In this document: positions 8,500-16,922 of the stretch, in pieces
Numbering within the stretch: position 1 is the first letter of the stretch
How the letters are laid out: every line of letters begins with the position of its first letter
IMG/VR virus record: IMGVR_UViG_3300010233_000007
DNA length: 20,000 bases
Strand: one strand, 5' to 3'
From: an uncultured virus (IMG/VR IMGVR_UViG_3300010233_000007)
Taxonomy: Duplodnaviria > Heunggongvirae > Uroviricota > Caudoviricetes
The notes under the pieces: model-generated
Databases searched by the model: none
What the model was told of the DNA's origin: nothing
Seen by the model: only the letters and a program-made list of their open reading frames with translations
Made by a program: the position numbers and the translations under genes

Positions 8500-9075
8500 A
8501 TGGGCCTACCGAAAACGATATTGATAGATATGGACGATACAATAGTAGATTATGATGCAAGAGTAAACGAATTACTAAAGACCATTAGACCACCCAATTC
8601 AGAACTTCCAGATATGCACGACTTACACGGCAATCTATCGGAAGATCTGGATAATTTGCGGACGATGTTATGGCAGCATCCCGGATTTTGGTTAGAAATG
8701 AAACCGCTGCAACCAGGCGCAGGATTAGCCGTGTTATTAGTTGAAGCATGGCACAGAGTAGTTATTGTTTCAAAAGTGCGATTATCTTGCCCGACCGGAT
8801 ATACTGAGAAATGCCAATGGATAAGCAGATATTTTGGTCGTTATGGATCACCACCAGCTTTAATGATTATAAGTCAAGATCGTGATATCATTAAGGGAGA
8901 TTTTCTTATTGATGACAATGTTAATAATGTCAATATGTGGTTATTTGCTAATCCGCATGGCAGGGCATATATTCCATTAAATCCGAGAAATGCCGATTAT
9001 AAACATCCAAGAGCGCGCCACTATTTGCCAACAGATTCAGCTAAAGTTATATACGAAGAAATAACTAAATCCTAA
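8500..9075 (+). CDS. 5'(3')-deoxyribonucleotidase (NT5C-like HAD phosphatase)
   Basis: ILIDMDDTIVD, GFW..MKP, EKCQWI, GDFLIDDN; RBS GGAG. Confidence 0.85.
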   Translation: MGLPKTILIDMDDTIVDYDARVNELLKTIRPPNSELPDMHDLHGNLSEDLDNLRTMLWQHPGFWLEMKPLQPGAGLAVLLVEAWHRVVIVSKVRLSCPTGYTEKCQWISRYFGRYGSPPALMIISQDRDIIKGDFLIDDNVNNVNMWLFANPHGRAYIPLNPRNADYKHPRARHYLPTDSAKVIYEEITKS

Positions 9076-9089
9076 TTCTGAGATTAGAA
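9070..9089. promoter_or_regulatory. Palindromic motif copy 4 (TCCTAATT-CTGA-GATTAGAA)
   Basis: 14/16 arm match; contains the upstream stop codon and ends 2 nt before ATG 9092. Confidence 0.65.
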
Positions 9090-9091
9090 TT

Positions 9092-9295
9092 ATGAACAAA
9101 CGTGATCGACTACAACTTGAAAGCACAATAGATCAAGCATGGGCGGCTTTACGCGAAGCTATGCCAATAGTGGAAGATTTGACAAAAGGCAAGATAAAGA
9201 CCAAGTTACACAAACAAGCAATAAAACTCATGGCCGAGATGGTTATAGGGACACTAGTCATAAACGATCACAAGGAAAAAGAAGCTAATGATTAG
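9092..9295 (+). CDS. Hypothetical protein
   Basis: 67-aa ORF in the array. Confidence 0.65.
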   Translation: MNKRDRLQLESTIDQAWAALREAMPIVEDLTKGKIKTKLHKQAIKLMAEMVIGTLVINDHKEKEAND

Positions 9296-9557
9296 TATCT
9301 GGTTAGTAGTTGCGGCCGTATTATATTGGTTGATTTCATTGTTTGTCAGTGTTGATATAGTATTTGATGATTTGGCCCATAGACAAGCCGCGAAAAGTGA
9401 AAAATTAGCCGCAACAGTATTTTTCACTTTGGCACCTGTAAATGTGGCCCTTCTTAGTGTTGCTTCAATCTGTGTATTTGTTATTTATGTTGTGCAGTGG
9501 ATATGGAAGAAGTTTAAACTGACTCCATTACAGCTTAAATTAACCAAGAAGGATTGA
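9288..9557 (+). CDS. Small two-TM membrane protein
   Basis: Two hydrophobic segments and a basic C-terminus. Confidence 0.7.
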   Translation: MISIWLVVAAVLYWLISLFVSVDIVFDDLAHRQAAKSEKLAATVFFTLAPVNVALLSVASICVFVIYVVQWIWKKFKLTPLQLKLTKKD

Positions 9558-9559
9558 TC

Positions 9560-9832
9560 ATGTTGACAGTTAATTTTGAAGAAACCGAAGTTACACGTGT
9601 AGCCTTAGTAGAATGTATGAAAGCGTTTGTGTGTATATTTGGCAGAGAAGCAAAAGTAGCTCGCATCACTAAAGCTACACAAGCCAAGCTTCAACAGCTC
9701 ATGATAGCGGAATTTAAAAACAGTAAATATCATAGTTTATTTGACGGCAATGAATTTATGTTGTTTGGAATGAATTGTAAAGTATTAGATGGTCCAGACG
9801 ACGGATCGAGACTAATCACGTTAACAGATTAA
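9560..9832 (+). CDS. Hypothetical protein, paralog of next gene
   Basis: MLTVNFEETEVTRVAL..KAF..IFGREA..NEF; RBS AAGGA before ATG 9560. Confidence 0.8.
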   Translation: MLTVNFEETEVTRVALVECMKAFVCIFGREAKVARITKATQAKLQQLMIAEFKNSKYHSLFDGNEFMLFGMNCKVLDGPDDGSRLITLTD

Positions 9833-9844
9833 GAAAGAAGTAAA

Positions 9845-10108
9845 ATGCTGACAATTAATTTGGATGAAATTGGCGTCACACGGGTATCGTTATTTGATAG
9901 CAAGAAAGCATTCTGGCAGATTTTTGGTAAAGAAGCAAACACAGCACTTATTACAGAATCAACATTAGCTGATATAATGAAATTTGGCAGAAAAGAATTA
10001 GATTGCTGGGATGATGATAAAGCTGCGAACGAATTTACACTTTGCAATATGACTTTCAAGGTAATGGAAAATTCCGCATCTGGCCCAAAACTACTAACAT
10101 TGCAATAA
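9845..10108 (+). CDS. Hypothetical protein, paralog of previous gene
   Basis: MLTINLDEIGVTRVSL..KAF..IFGKEA..NEF. Confidence 0.8.
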   Translation: MLTINLDEIGVTRVSLFDSKKAFWQIFGKEANTALITESTLADIMKFGRKELDCWDDDKAANEFTLCNMTFKVMENSASGPKLLTLQ

Positions 10109-10109
10109 A

Positions 10110-10182
10110 CGGGGTAATAGCATAACGGAAGTGCGCGTGGTTTGGGACCACGAATTTTTGTGTTCGACTCACGATACCCCGA
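10110..10182 (+). tRNA. tRNA-Pro (anticodon TGG)
   Basis: Acceptor CGGGGTA/TACCCCG, D-arm GCAT-AACGGAA-GTGC, anticodon arm CGTGG-TTTGGGA-CCACG, T-arm TTGTG-TTCGACT-CACGA; C1-G72 and A73 fit Pro identity; CCA not encoded. Confidence 0.92.
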
Positions 10183-10214
10183 TATTTTTCAATATCAACA
10201 ATGAGGTAATAATC

Positions 10215-10997
10215 ATGCCACTCAACGATACAATGCGATTCTGCGGTGTTCCGGATACAGCTGGTGTTGCTGCGGACGGCCAGGTATGTAAATGGAACAA
10301 GAATAAGATTACGTATACGATTATTGGCCAGATACCAGGATTAACAGATCAGCAGACTAAAGATGCATATGCATTAGCTTGGTCTTACTGGTCTGCTGTA
10401 GCCAATGTTACAGCGTCTCTTGTAACCGACTCGAATACAGCTGATGTTGTAATGGGCAATGGTTACATCGATGGTCCTAGCGGTGTGTTGGCGTGGTCAG
10501 AAATGCCTTGCGGTAACGTTACGCAACTACAGCAGAAGTTTGATTCGTCTGAGGTGTGGGTTGTTGCCGATCAACCAGCTGCTAATGTAATCGATTTTGT
10601 TAGAGTAGCCTGCCACGAAATTGGTCACGTACTTGGGATGCCGCACATTGCTACTGGTAATTTGTTAGCGCCATATTACAGCACTACTATCCGTAAGCCA
10701 CAAGCAGGTGATATACAGGAAATGGTCAGTCGATACGGGCCGGCACAAACAGCACCAACACCTATTGCACCACACCCAACTCCCGTTCCGTCTCCTGCGC
10801 CATCTCCAAGTGTTCCGGCGATAGATTGGTCCAAGTTGCTTAGCTGGTTAATTGGTGTGCTTATCTCTAAAGCTACACCAGCCCCGACGCCCGTACCTAC
10901 TCCTATGCCAACACCGGCCCCACAGCCTTCTCCTGGTGTCGATTGGCGATCTATATTAAAGGGTTTACTAGGGTCTATATTAAAAGGATTATCATGA
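10215..10997 (+). CDS. Matrixin-like (M10) zinc metallopeptidase with Pro-rich tail
   Basis: Cysteine switch FCGVPD, zinc motif HEIGHVLGMPH, IDGPSGVLAW, FDSSEVW; RBS GAGGT before ATG 10215. Confidence 0.88.
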   Translation: MPLNDTMRFCGVPDTAGVAADGQVCKWNKNKITYTIIGQIPGLTDQQTKDAYALAWSYWSAVANVTASLVTDSNTADVVMGNGYIDGPSGVLAWSEMPCGNVTQLQQKFDSSEVWVVADQPAANVIDFVRVACHEIGHVLGMPHIATGNLLAPYYSTTIRKPQAGDIQEMVSRYGPAQTAPTPIAPHPTPVPSPAPSPSVPAIDWSKLLSWLIGVLISKATPAPTPVPTPMPTPAPQPSPGVDWRSILKGLLGSILKGLS

Positions 10998-11293
10998 ACA
11001 AAAATCGAAGATCTAAAAATGTAGTTAAATATTGCTTCGATCTTAGCGAATTAGCGATTTTATTGCGAGAGCTAGGTTGTGATATACCTGAAGACGCCAT
11101 GATAGCTGGCGGTAATATTAATTTAGATATGGTAGAGTTTTTTGCATACACTGAAAAATCAATAACGTGCCCTATACCGCATGGTACGTTGCCGATTAAT
11201 ATGTTTATACCAATAAACCAACATATTGGGAAAGTTCGTGAGATGAAAGAAATGTCGAAAAAGTATATGGAGTCTTTGAACAAATCCCAGTAG
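10994..11293 (+). CDS. Hypothetical protein
   Basis: ATGA overlap and RBS AAGGA support start 10994. Confidence 0.65.
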   Translation: MNKNRRSKNVVKYCFDLSELAILLRELGCDIPEDAMIAGGNINLDMVEFFAYTEKSITCPIPHGTLPINMFIPINQHIGKVREMKEMSKKYMESLNKSQ

Positions 11294-11306
11294 AAAGGCT
11301 TTTCTA

Positions 11307-11831
11307 ATGGGGCTGAATCTCTCGGCTTTCTTAGCCCAACCAGAAAATGAAAATAGTGTACCAACCAAACTTGAAGAAAAAGTACACCCAAGTAACGCCA
11401 TAAAAGTAGCCAAGCAAGCCCAAAAGAGAAAGGCGGCTGTTGATCCAAAACCACTTCTAGAAAAGCCGCCAGCCCAACCAATTCACGACGATAACGAAAT
11501 ACCAATAATCGAACCCCCGCCACAGAGGGGTTCGATTACAATGTATCCAACTAATGTGCAATTTTGTCCACCACATCAAACACTTAAACAAGAAATAAGT
11601 AAATTAATTAGCAGGCATCGTAAAGACGATATTGTAGAGCTTATGTTCGAATCTCTCACGTGGGAAGAGACCATGCTGGCCTTTTCCAATATTTGTACCA
11701 ATAAAGCGATAGCGTTCAGAAAGCGTGGCAACCATAAGAAAGACAGAGAATGGCTCAAGCGTGCTCAACGTTTTCACCAGGAAACAGGTCTAGACCTACA
11801 AGATTATGGAGTAAATGATGTGGAGGAATGA
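11307..11831 (+). CDS. Hypothetical protein
   Basis: 174-aa ORF, RBS-like AAAGG. Confidence 0.7.
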   Translation: MGLNLSAFLAQPENENSVPTKLEEKVHPSNAIKVAKQAQKRKAAVDPKPLLEKPPAQPIHDDNEIPIIEPPPQRGSITMYPTNVQFCPPHQTLKQEISKLISRHRKDDIVELMFESLTWEETMLAFSNICTNKAIAFRKRGNHKKDREWLKRAQRFHQETGLDLQDYGVNDVEE

Positions 11832-11979
11832 AGATAGTGCTTTTATGCACGCTGTAATAGTGTTAATATCTTTCGTGCTCGTGGTAATTATAATCTCATA
11901 TGACACAAAACTTATAAACAAACTTAAACAAGAAAATACTGAGCTTAGAGAACAACTACAACAGAAAAGTAATAAATGA
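11815..11979 (+). CDS. Small single-TM coiled-coil protein (absent from track)
   Basis: MMWRNEDSAFMHAVIVLISFVLVVIIISYDTKLINKLKQENTELREQLQQKSNK*; GGAG upstream; ATGA overlap with next gene. Confidence 0.65.
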   Translation: MMWRNEDSAFMHAVIVLISFVLVVIIISYDTKLINKLKQENTELREQLQQKSNK

Positions 11980-12173
11980 AGAGTATAGCTAGTTTTATAT
12001 TCAGCATGTTAGCAGGCGCGTTGGTTGGTTTTTTCGTAGGAAGATTAGTCGTACATGTTAACCAGCTTAAAAAATCAAATGCAAGTCTCGTGGAAGCAAA
12101 TAAAGACCTTAATGAACGTCTAGAAAAGCTGGAAAAAGAAGCAAAGGAAGCACGTGAATACTACGGACCCTGA
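11976..12173 (+). CDS. Small single-TM coiled-coil protein
   Basis: N-terminal hydrophobic helix followed by heptad-like LKKSNASLVEANKDLNERLEKLE. Confidence 0.75.
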   Translation: MKSIASFIFSMLAGALVGFFVGRLVVHVNQLKKSNASLVEANKDLNERLEKLEKEAKEAREYYGP

Positions 12174-12390
12174 CACCGATCAAGCTGAAGAAACTGTCGG
12201 TGAATTAATCGCATCTGCTTTCGATAATGTATGGCACGCGATAAAGGTAAATGCTGGTATATTGATTTTCTGTGTAGCGTCATTAAATGTTGTAATTTTT
12301 ATACATGGTTGCGCAATAAAGAACAATGCACAAGCATTAGAAGATGTAAAAGATCGTATATATAAACTTGAAGTAAAGAAAACCAAATGA
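12154..12390 (+). CDS. Small single-TM protein
   Basis: GTG start with AAGGA; hydrophobic segment ending IHGC, then charged helix. Confidence 0.65.
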   Translation: MNTTDPDTDQAEETVGELIASAFDNVWHAIKVNAGILIFCVASLNVVIFIHGCAIKNNAQALEDVKDRIYKLEVKKTK

Positions 12391-12426
12391 ACACACGTAT
12401 AACCAAAGCAGAACTACTTAAAGCTA

Positions 12427-12583
12427 ATGATAGACAAGTTAATTAATAGAGCGACTGTTAGATCTCCTTTATTTGGCTGTTTTAATCAGCATTCCCTCGT
12501 TACTGCTAAGTGTAACAGCGTGCTCTAGATTAAATAACATAGATGAGAAACTGGACAAGGTAGAAAGGATTAAGGTCAAGTAG
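12427..12583 (+). pseudogene. Small TM/lipoprotein-like gene, apparently frameshifted
   Basis: Removing one TTAA from GTTAATTAATAG restores MIDKLIERLLDLLYLAVLISIPSLLLSVTACSRLNNIDEKLDKVERIKVK*. Confidence 0.4.
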
Positions 12584-12745
12584 ATGGATGAAGAGTACAA
12601 GGGTTTTATAGCTTTCTTAATCTTTGTAGGAGTCTTAGTTATCGTATGTGGTATAGGTAGTTGTATGTCTAATAAGTACAAGCATGAAGAAATAATGCAG
12701 CGGATTGAATTCGAAAGTCATCAAAAAATACAGAAGCACCAGTAA
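12584..12745 (+). CDS. Small single-TM protein (absent from track)
   Basis: MDEEYKGFIAFLIFVGVLVIVCGIGSCMSNKYKHEEIMQRIEFESHQKIQKHQ*; RBS AAGGT; TAATG overlap with next gene. Confidence 0.65.
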   Translation: MDEEYKGFIAFLIFVGVLVIVCGIGSCMSNKYKHEEIMQRIEFESHQKIQKHQ

Positions 12746-13734
12746 TGGAAAATCTAATTCAGGCGTTTGTGCAAGACGGTAAAATAGCTCCTGGTAATAT
12801 TCCTCCGTGGCTGGCTGACAATATTATTTACTTGGCCAAAATGGGGTCACATGCTTATGGTGTAAATACCCCAGATTCAGATATTGATATCTACGGTATT
12901 TGCGTTCCACCTAGAGAACTGGTGTTTCCGTGCCAATTAAACGGAGAAATATTAGGATTCGGCAGGCAAACAAAGAGATTCGATCAATGGCATTCGACAA
13001 GTTCTAGCAACCCAAAAGATCGAATAGATGGCTACGATATTACAGTATTCAGCATAGTTCGCTATTTTGATCTGCTTATGTCTAATAACCCTAATATAGT
13101 CGATTCTATATTTGTACCAGATGATTGCGTACTACTTTGTGATCCAGTTGCAAAGTTAATTCGTAAGAATAGAAACATGTTTCTGCATAAAGGCAGCTAC
13201 TATAAGTTTCGTGGATATGCCCATGCCCAAATAGCTAGATTAAATAGAGGACAAGATAGCCGAAAGCACCTAGTAGAAAAATACGGCTGGGACGTAAAAA
13301 CAGGCTATCATGTTATCCGAAACTTATTGGAGTGCGGTCAAATACTTGAAGAGCATACGCTGGATTTACGTAAGTATTCAGATATATTGAAAGCGATTAG
13401 AAATGGGCATTGGACAAAAGAGGGTTTACTACTTGCAGCTAAGACAAAAGAAGCTAATTTAGACAAGCTATATGAAACCAGTACACTCAGGCATTCACCA
13501 GATGAGAACGAAATAAAGACAGTATTATTAAATTGTTTACGCAACCACTACGTTGATGGCGTACCAGAACATATGCTAGATGATGTAAATATCTTCAATA
13601 TAAGACATGCCGCAGATCTTCTTGAAGATGTTATGGCTTATATTAATGGTCACACGGAAACAAGATATGGCGATCAGAAAAATACTGATCAATCCACATC
13701 CCTTCTTGAAGCACATTGCAAAACCAGCTCCTGA
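12745..13734 (+). CDS. Pol-beta superfamily nucleotidyltransferase (YcgL/RlaP-like)
   Basis: GSHAYGVNTPDSDIDIYGI (GS..DxD), NNPNIVD, FRGYA, KYGWDVK..YH.IR. Confidence 0.85.
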   Translation: MENLIQAFVQDGKIAPGNIPPWLADNIIYLAKMGSHAYGVNTPDSDIDIYGICVPPRELVFPCQLNGEILGFGRQTKRFDQWHSTSSSNPKDRIDGYDITVFSIVRYFDLLMSNNPNIVDSIFVPDDCVLLCDPVAKLIRKNRNMFLHKGSYYKFRGYAHAQIARLNRGQDSRKHLVEKYGWDVKTGYHVIRNLLECGQILEEHTLDLRKYSDILKAIRNGHWTKEGLLLAAKTKEANLDKLYETSTLRHSPDENEIKTVLLNCLRNHYVDGVPEHMLDDVNIFNIRHAADLLEDVMAYINGHTETRYGDQKNTDQSTSLLEAHCKTSS

Positions 13735-14251
13735 TATCCTTGATGATGATTCCAAGCAAATGCTTAAAGATCTATGGGACACGTTTAATGATCATATCCA
13801 CGAAGCAGCTGGACTATCAGCAACACAGATAGAACTTGATATTGCGGCCTTCATTGCTAAGATAAACTACAATCAACCGACACTATTCATTAATCCATAC
13901 ATAGCCCAAGAATCCAGCTGGCAAGTGGAGGACAAGGAAGGATGTCTCAGTTTACCTGGTGTACGTTTATACATTACTCGGCCTAGAATCATTACACTCG
14001 TGTACCAAACATTAAAAGAAGACGGTAATGGATTAACCGAGCCAGTCAGAAAAACATTTAAAGGTGCTGATGCCCGTGTTATTCAGCACGAAAAACAGCA
14101 TTTGCTTGGAAAGTTAATAATCGATGAGCTTTCAATGCGTATCGGAAATACATTCATTCCTAATCCAGAGCCTTTAGAACCGACCAAATATTCAAAACAA
14201 AAGACGAAAGAAATCAAATGGTCCGTTACCAAGACATCGAAAGCCAGATAG
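13667..14251 (+). CDS. def: Peptide deformylase
   Basis: Start MAIRKILINPHPFLK; motifs AAGLSATQI, FINP, EGCLSLPG, ARVIQHEKQHLLG. Confidence 0.92.
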   Translation: MAIRKILINPHPFLKHIAKPAPDILDDDSKQMLKDLWDTFNDHIHEAAGLSATQIELDIAAFIAKINYNQPTLFINPYIAQESSWQVEDKEGCLSLPGVRLYITRPRIITLVYQTLKEDGNGLTEPVRKTFKGADARVIQHEKQHLLGKLIIDELSMRIGNTFIPNPEPLEPTKYSKQKTKEIKWSVTKTSKAR

Positions 14252-14859
14252 AGAAGCCAGTAACTAATTATGACAAACCATCTAAGGAAGCCGTATTACT
14301 GTGGGAACGGTTATTTAATGCAATAAACCATGATGGAAGTCTCGAAGAGAAACATATCAACATTTTAGCCGCTGCGCCAAAGATAGCAGCAATGTCAACT
14401 AGACTACAGTCCCATGCTATGCAGTTCGGTTATTTATTTAATCTTTTCCACGAAGACGGTTACAACTTCCATAAGACTAATTTTGTGCTGGAGCGTTGTG
14501 ATCTGAAGGATCTGCCAAGAGAACAGAGACTCGAATTTGCTAGAAGTATATTCAAACTTAGACCAGAGATGATTAAGCCTGTATTGGCTGAATTGGCTAC
14601 GATAGAACTGTCTGTAGCTCTTGACGCATTAAAAGATATTGAACACATAATAAAACAAACCAGACAACATATAAACTTTCTAATTCCCGAATTAGAATCA
14701 CCAAAAGAGAAGAGCAATGCCTTCCATATCAGTGGAGAGCAACCAATACCCGGAAAAATCTATAGATTCACTAACCACGGCGACAGTTATAAATTTGCAG
14801 AACACAACGAGCCAGGAAGAGCCGCTGACAGGTGTGAGGAAACTGACAGTTCTATTTAA
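14218..14859 (+). CDS. Hypothetical protein
   Basis: 213-aa ORF; 3' end overlaps next ORF by 143 nt. Confidence 0.65.
   Translation: MVRYQDIESQIEKPVTNYDKPSKEAVLLWERLFNAINHDGSLEEKHINILAAAPKIAAMSTRLQSHAMQFGYLFNLFHEDGYNFHKTNFVLERCDLKDLPREQRLEFARSIFKLRPEMIKPVLAELATIELSVALDALKDIEHIIKQTRQHINFLIPELESPKEKSNAFHISGEQPIPGKIYRFTNHGDSYKFAEHNEPGRAADRCEETDSSI
14678..14697. promoter_or_regulatory. Palindromic motif copy 5 (TTCTAATT-CCCG-AATTAGAA)
   Basis: Perfect arms with a different spacer; inside a CDS, 19 nt before ATG 14717. Confidence 0.7.
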
Positions 14860-15385
14860 GCGTAATGAGGCTACCGACAATGTAACAGACGATATTTATT
14901 ATAAAGGTTTCGATCCGTATTGGGAGAATGGCGAAGAAATAAATGCAGGTATTGCTACATTTTGTGATAGAGGAATTAGATTACTATTCGGTAGCGAAGA
15001 GAAAGACGAATACTTAATTGATATTTATGTAGCAACGGTATTCGGTAAAGGCAGTACCGACGTAATAAAAGATCTTCCGAAACCACTTAAACGCCGCCGT
15101 ATGTATGCGTTAATTAAGCATTACGATAAACCGATTTGGTCTTATGCTGATAATAATGTATTTACGTCATATCAATTATATTTCTTCAATGGAGTAGCGA
15201 CTGATATAGAACTAGACAGAGCACCAGCCACAGATCCTATTATTCTAAATTGGATATTTGGGAAGTTTTGGTGGCATAATACTGATGCTCTTGTTGCTGG
15301 TGCACTATGGCTCGATTTTACTGCGTGTCCGAAGGGGCAACTCGATGGCCATTTTCCGGTTGTCTGCGATTTTACGAAAACGTGA
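14717..15385 (+). CDS. Hypothetical protein
   Basis: 222-aa ORF preceded by the palindromic motif. Confidence 0.7.
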   Translation: MPSISVESNQYPEKSIDSLTTATVINLQNTTSQEEPLTGVRKLTVLFKRNEATDNVTDDIYYKGFDPYWENGEEINAGIATFCDRGIRLLFGSEEKDEYLIDIYVATVFGKGSTDVIKDLPKPLKRRRMYALIKHYDKPIWSYADNNVFTSYQLYFFNGVATDIELDRAPATDPIILNWIFGKFWWHNTDALVAGALWLDFTACPKGQLDGHFPVVCDFTKT

Positions 15386-16196
15386 TAAGTTATTTGATGA
15401 GCTTTGGTTTAATTTCGGTGGATTAGAGTTAAGCGGCGAAACATTTAGTAAGTTCATAGATACAATACTTCAATTCATGCCACCTAATGTTGATCGAAAA
15501 ACAATTAATCTCTCGGTATTGGAAAATGTCGGTAAAAGTCTCACTAAAGAAGAAATGTTCAACCTATCCTGGCGTTTAGCGGGAAATCTAGATTCGTTAA
15601 ACACCGGGATAGCCGTGCCTAGTTGGATTAATCAGATAACAGATGAATGGGTTCCTGTGCAGATCATTAACTCTGAACCTTATCGAAATAGATATAACGA
15701 TAAAGGGCATCTATTTGATTTCAGGATTATGGCTGGTACATCTTGTCCGCAGATAATCACGAAATTCTGGTCAAACAGATTCTGTCATTATATAGCTAAA
15801 CAATTAGGCTTTACTAATTCGTATGGTGAAATGCCGCTATTGGATGGCAGTGAATTTGTATCAATGCGACTACAAGTATTGATCGAAGCCGAGAGAAGCT
15901 ATGAATATCCTGTATTTGATAAGGTACATACAACTCAATCATGCATTAACTGGAATAGGAAGATATTGAAATTAAGGAAGCGCTTATCTGCGCCATGTCC
16001 AAATGACTTCACACACGAATGCTATCGTTGTTTTGTTGGCTATTCAGATTGCCCAGCTGGAACACACTCAGAAACATATGAAAAGAAATACTGTACTTCG
16101 TGTAATCAAATGGCATATACAGACACAATGAAAGATACAGCTATTTGTATTAATTGTGCTAATAAGTTCAACCTCAGATTGAAAGCAGCGAAATGA
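15345..16196 (+). CDS. Hypothetical protein with C-terminal Cys-rich (probable Zn-binding) region
   Basis: RBS AAGGGG before ATG 15345; CP..F.H.CYRC..G..DCPAGTH plus CTSC and CINC. Confidence 0.75.
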   Translation: MAIFRLSAILRKRDKLFDELWFNFGGLELSGETFSKFIDTILQFMPPNVDRKTINLSVLENVGKSLTKEEMFNLSWRLAGNLDSLNTGIAVPSWINQITDEWVPVQIINSEPYRNRYNDKGHLFDFRIMAGTSCPQIITKFWSNRFCHYIAKQLGFTNSYGEMPLLDGSEFVSMRLQVLIEAERSYEYPVFDKVHTTQSCINWNRKILKLRKRLSAPCPNDFTHECYRCFVGYSDCPAGTHSETYEKKYCTSCNQMAYTDTMKDTAICINCANKFNLRLKAAK

Positions 16197-16639
16197 CCAC
16201 TAAAAAGAAATCAACAGAAACATTATTACTATATTTGATCTATAATGAGACAGAGGAAATTATCGAAGATACTTATGGTTGTGATGGCAAGTATACAGGT
16301 TTTACTAAGGCACGAAGAGAATTTTATCCAAGATATTTTGTCAGAGAAATACCGAAAGAGTGGGATTATAAACACCTATATGAGCAAGTAGAAGTATCTA
16401 AGAGGTTATTCAAGAAGCCAAATTTAATATTGGTTGTTAATAGATATACGGACGGCGGTACATTTGGTTCATGTGCCGGAAATCATCAGATATTAACAGT
16501 CACCGATAATATTCGTTATGTGAATAAAATAAAGGAAAACCATATGCGATGGGCTGAAAAACACAATTTCTATATGTATGGGTACTCGCATTTTGAGAAG
16601 CATGAAGACATAGAGGAATATGTATTAGCAGTTATTTAA
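16193..16639 (+). CDS. Hypothetical protein
   Basis: ATGA-coupled 148-aa ORF. Confidence 0.7.
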   Translation: MTTKKKSTETLLLYLIYNETEEIIEDTYGCDGKYTGFTKARREFYPRYFVREIPKEWDYKHLYEQVEVSKRLFKKPNLILVVNRYTDGGTFGSCAGNHQILTVTDNIRYVNKIKENHMRWAEKHNFYMYGYSHFEKHEDIEEYVLAVI

Positions 16640-16641
16640 GG

Positions 16642-16661
16642 GTCTAATTATGCAATTAAAA
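16642..16661. promoter_or_regulatory. Palindromic motif copy 6 (GTCTAATT-ATGC-AATTAAAA)
   Basis: 14/16 arm match with the ATG start (16650) inside the spacer. Confidence 0.5.
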
Positions 16662-16922
16662 ACTGAAGCTATGGTCAAGGAAACATCAACTATGTCCAAA
16701 TCATTTTACGTCGTAGCACATTATCCCAATTGGCAGCATGTGCATTATTCGACTTATGTTGAATTTGCCGATAAAGGTAAAATATGGACAGAATTTGGCT
16801 CAGCTTGGCGATGTAAAACAATAGAAGAAGCTAAACAATTACGTATTTCATCCGCTGGTGACGACGAGCCAATAGAGAGGCTCAAAATCTTAAAAATAGA
16901 AGAGATAAGTCCAAATGGTTGA
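16650..16922 (+). CDS. Hypothetical protein
   Basis: 90-aa ORF, RBS AAGGG. Confidence 0.65.
   Translation: MQLKTEAMVKETSTMSKSFYVVAHYPNWQHVHYSTYVEFADKGKIWTEFGSAWRCKTIEEAKQLRISSAGDDEPIERLKILKIEEISPNG

Noticed and set aside
10131..10214. GTG start of the 288-aa ORF in the track
   Set aside because: It lies inside tRNA-Pro; ATG 10215 has an RBS.
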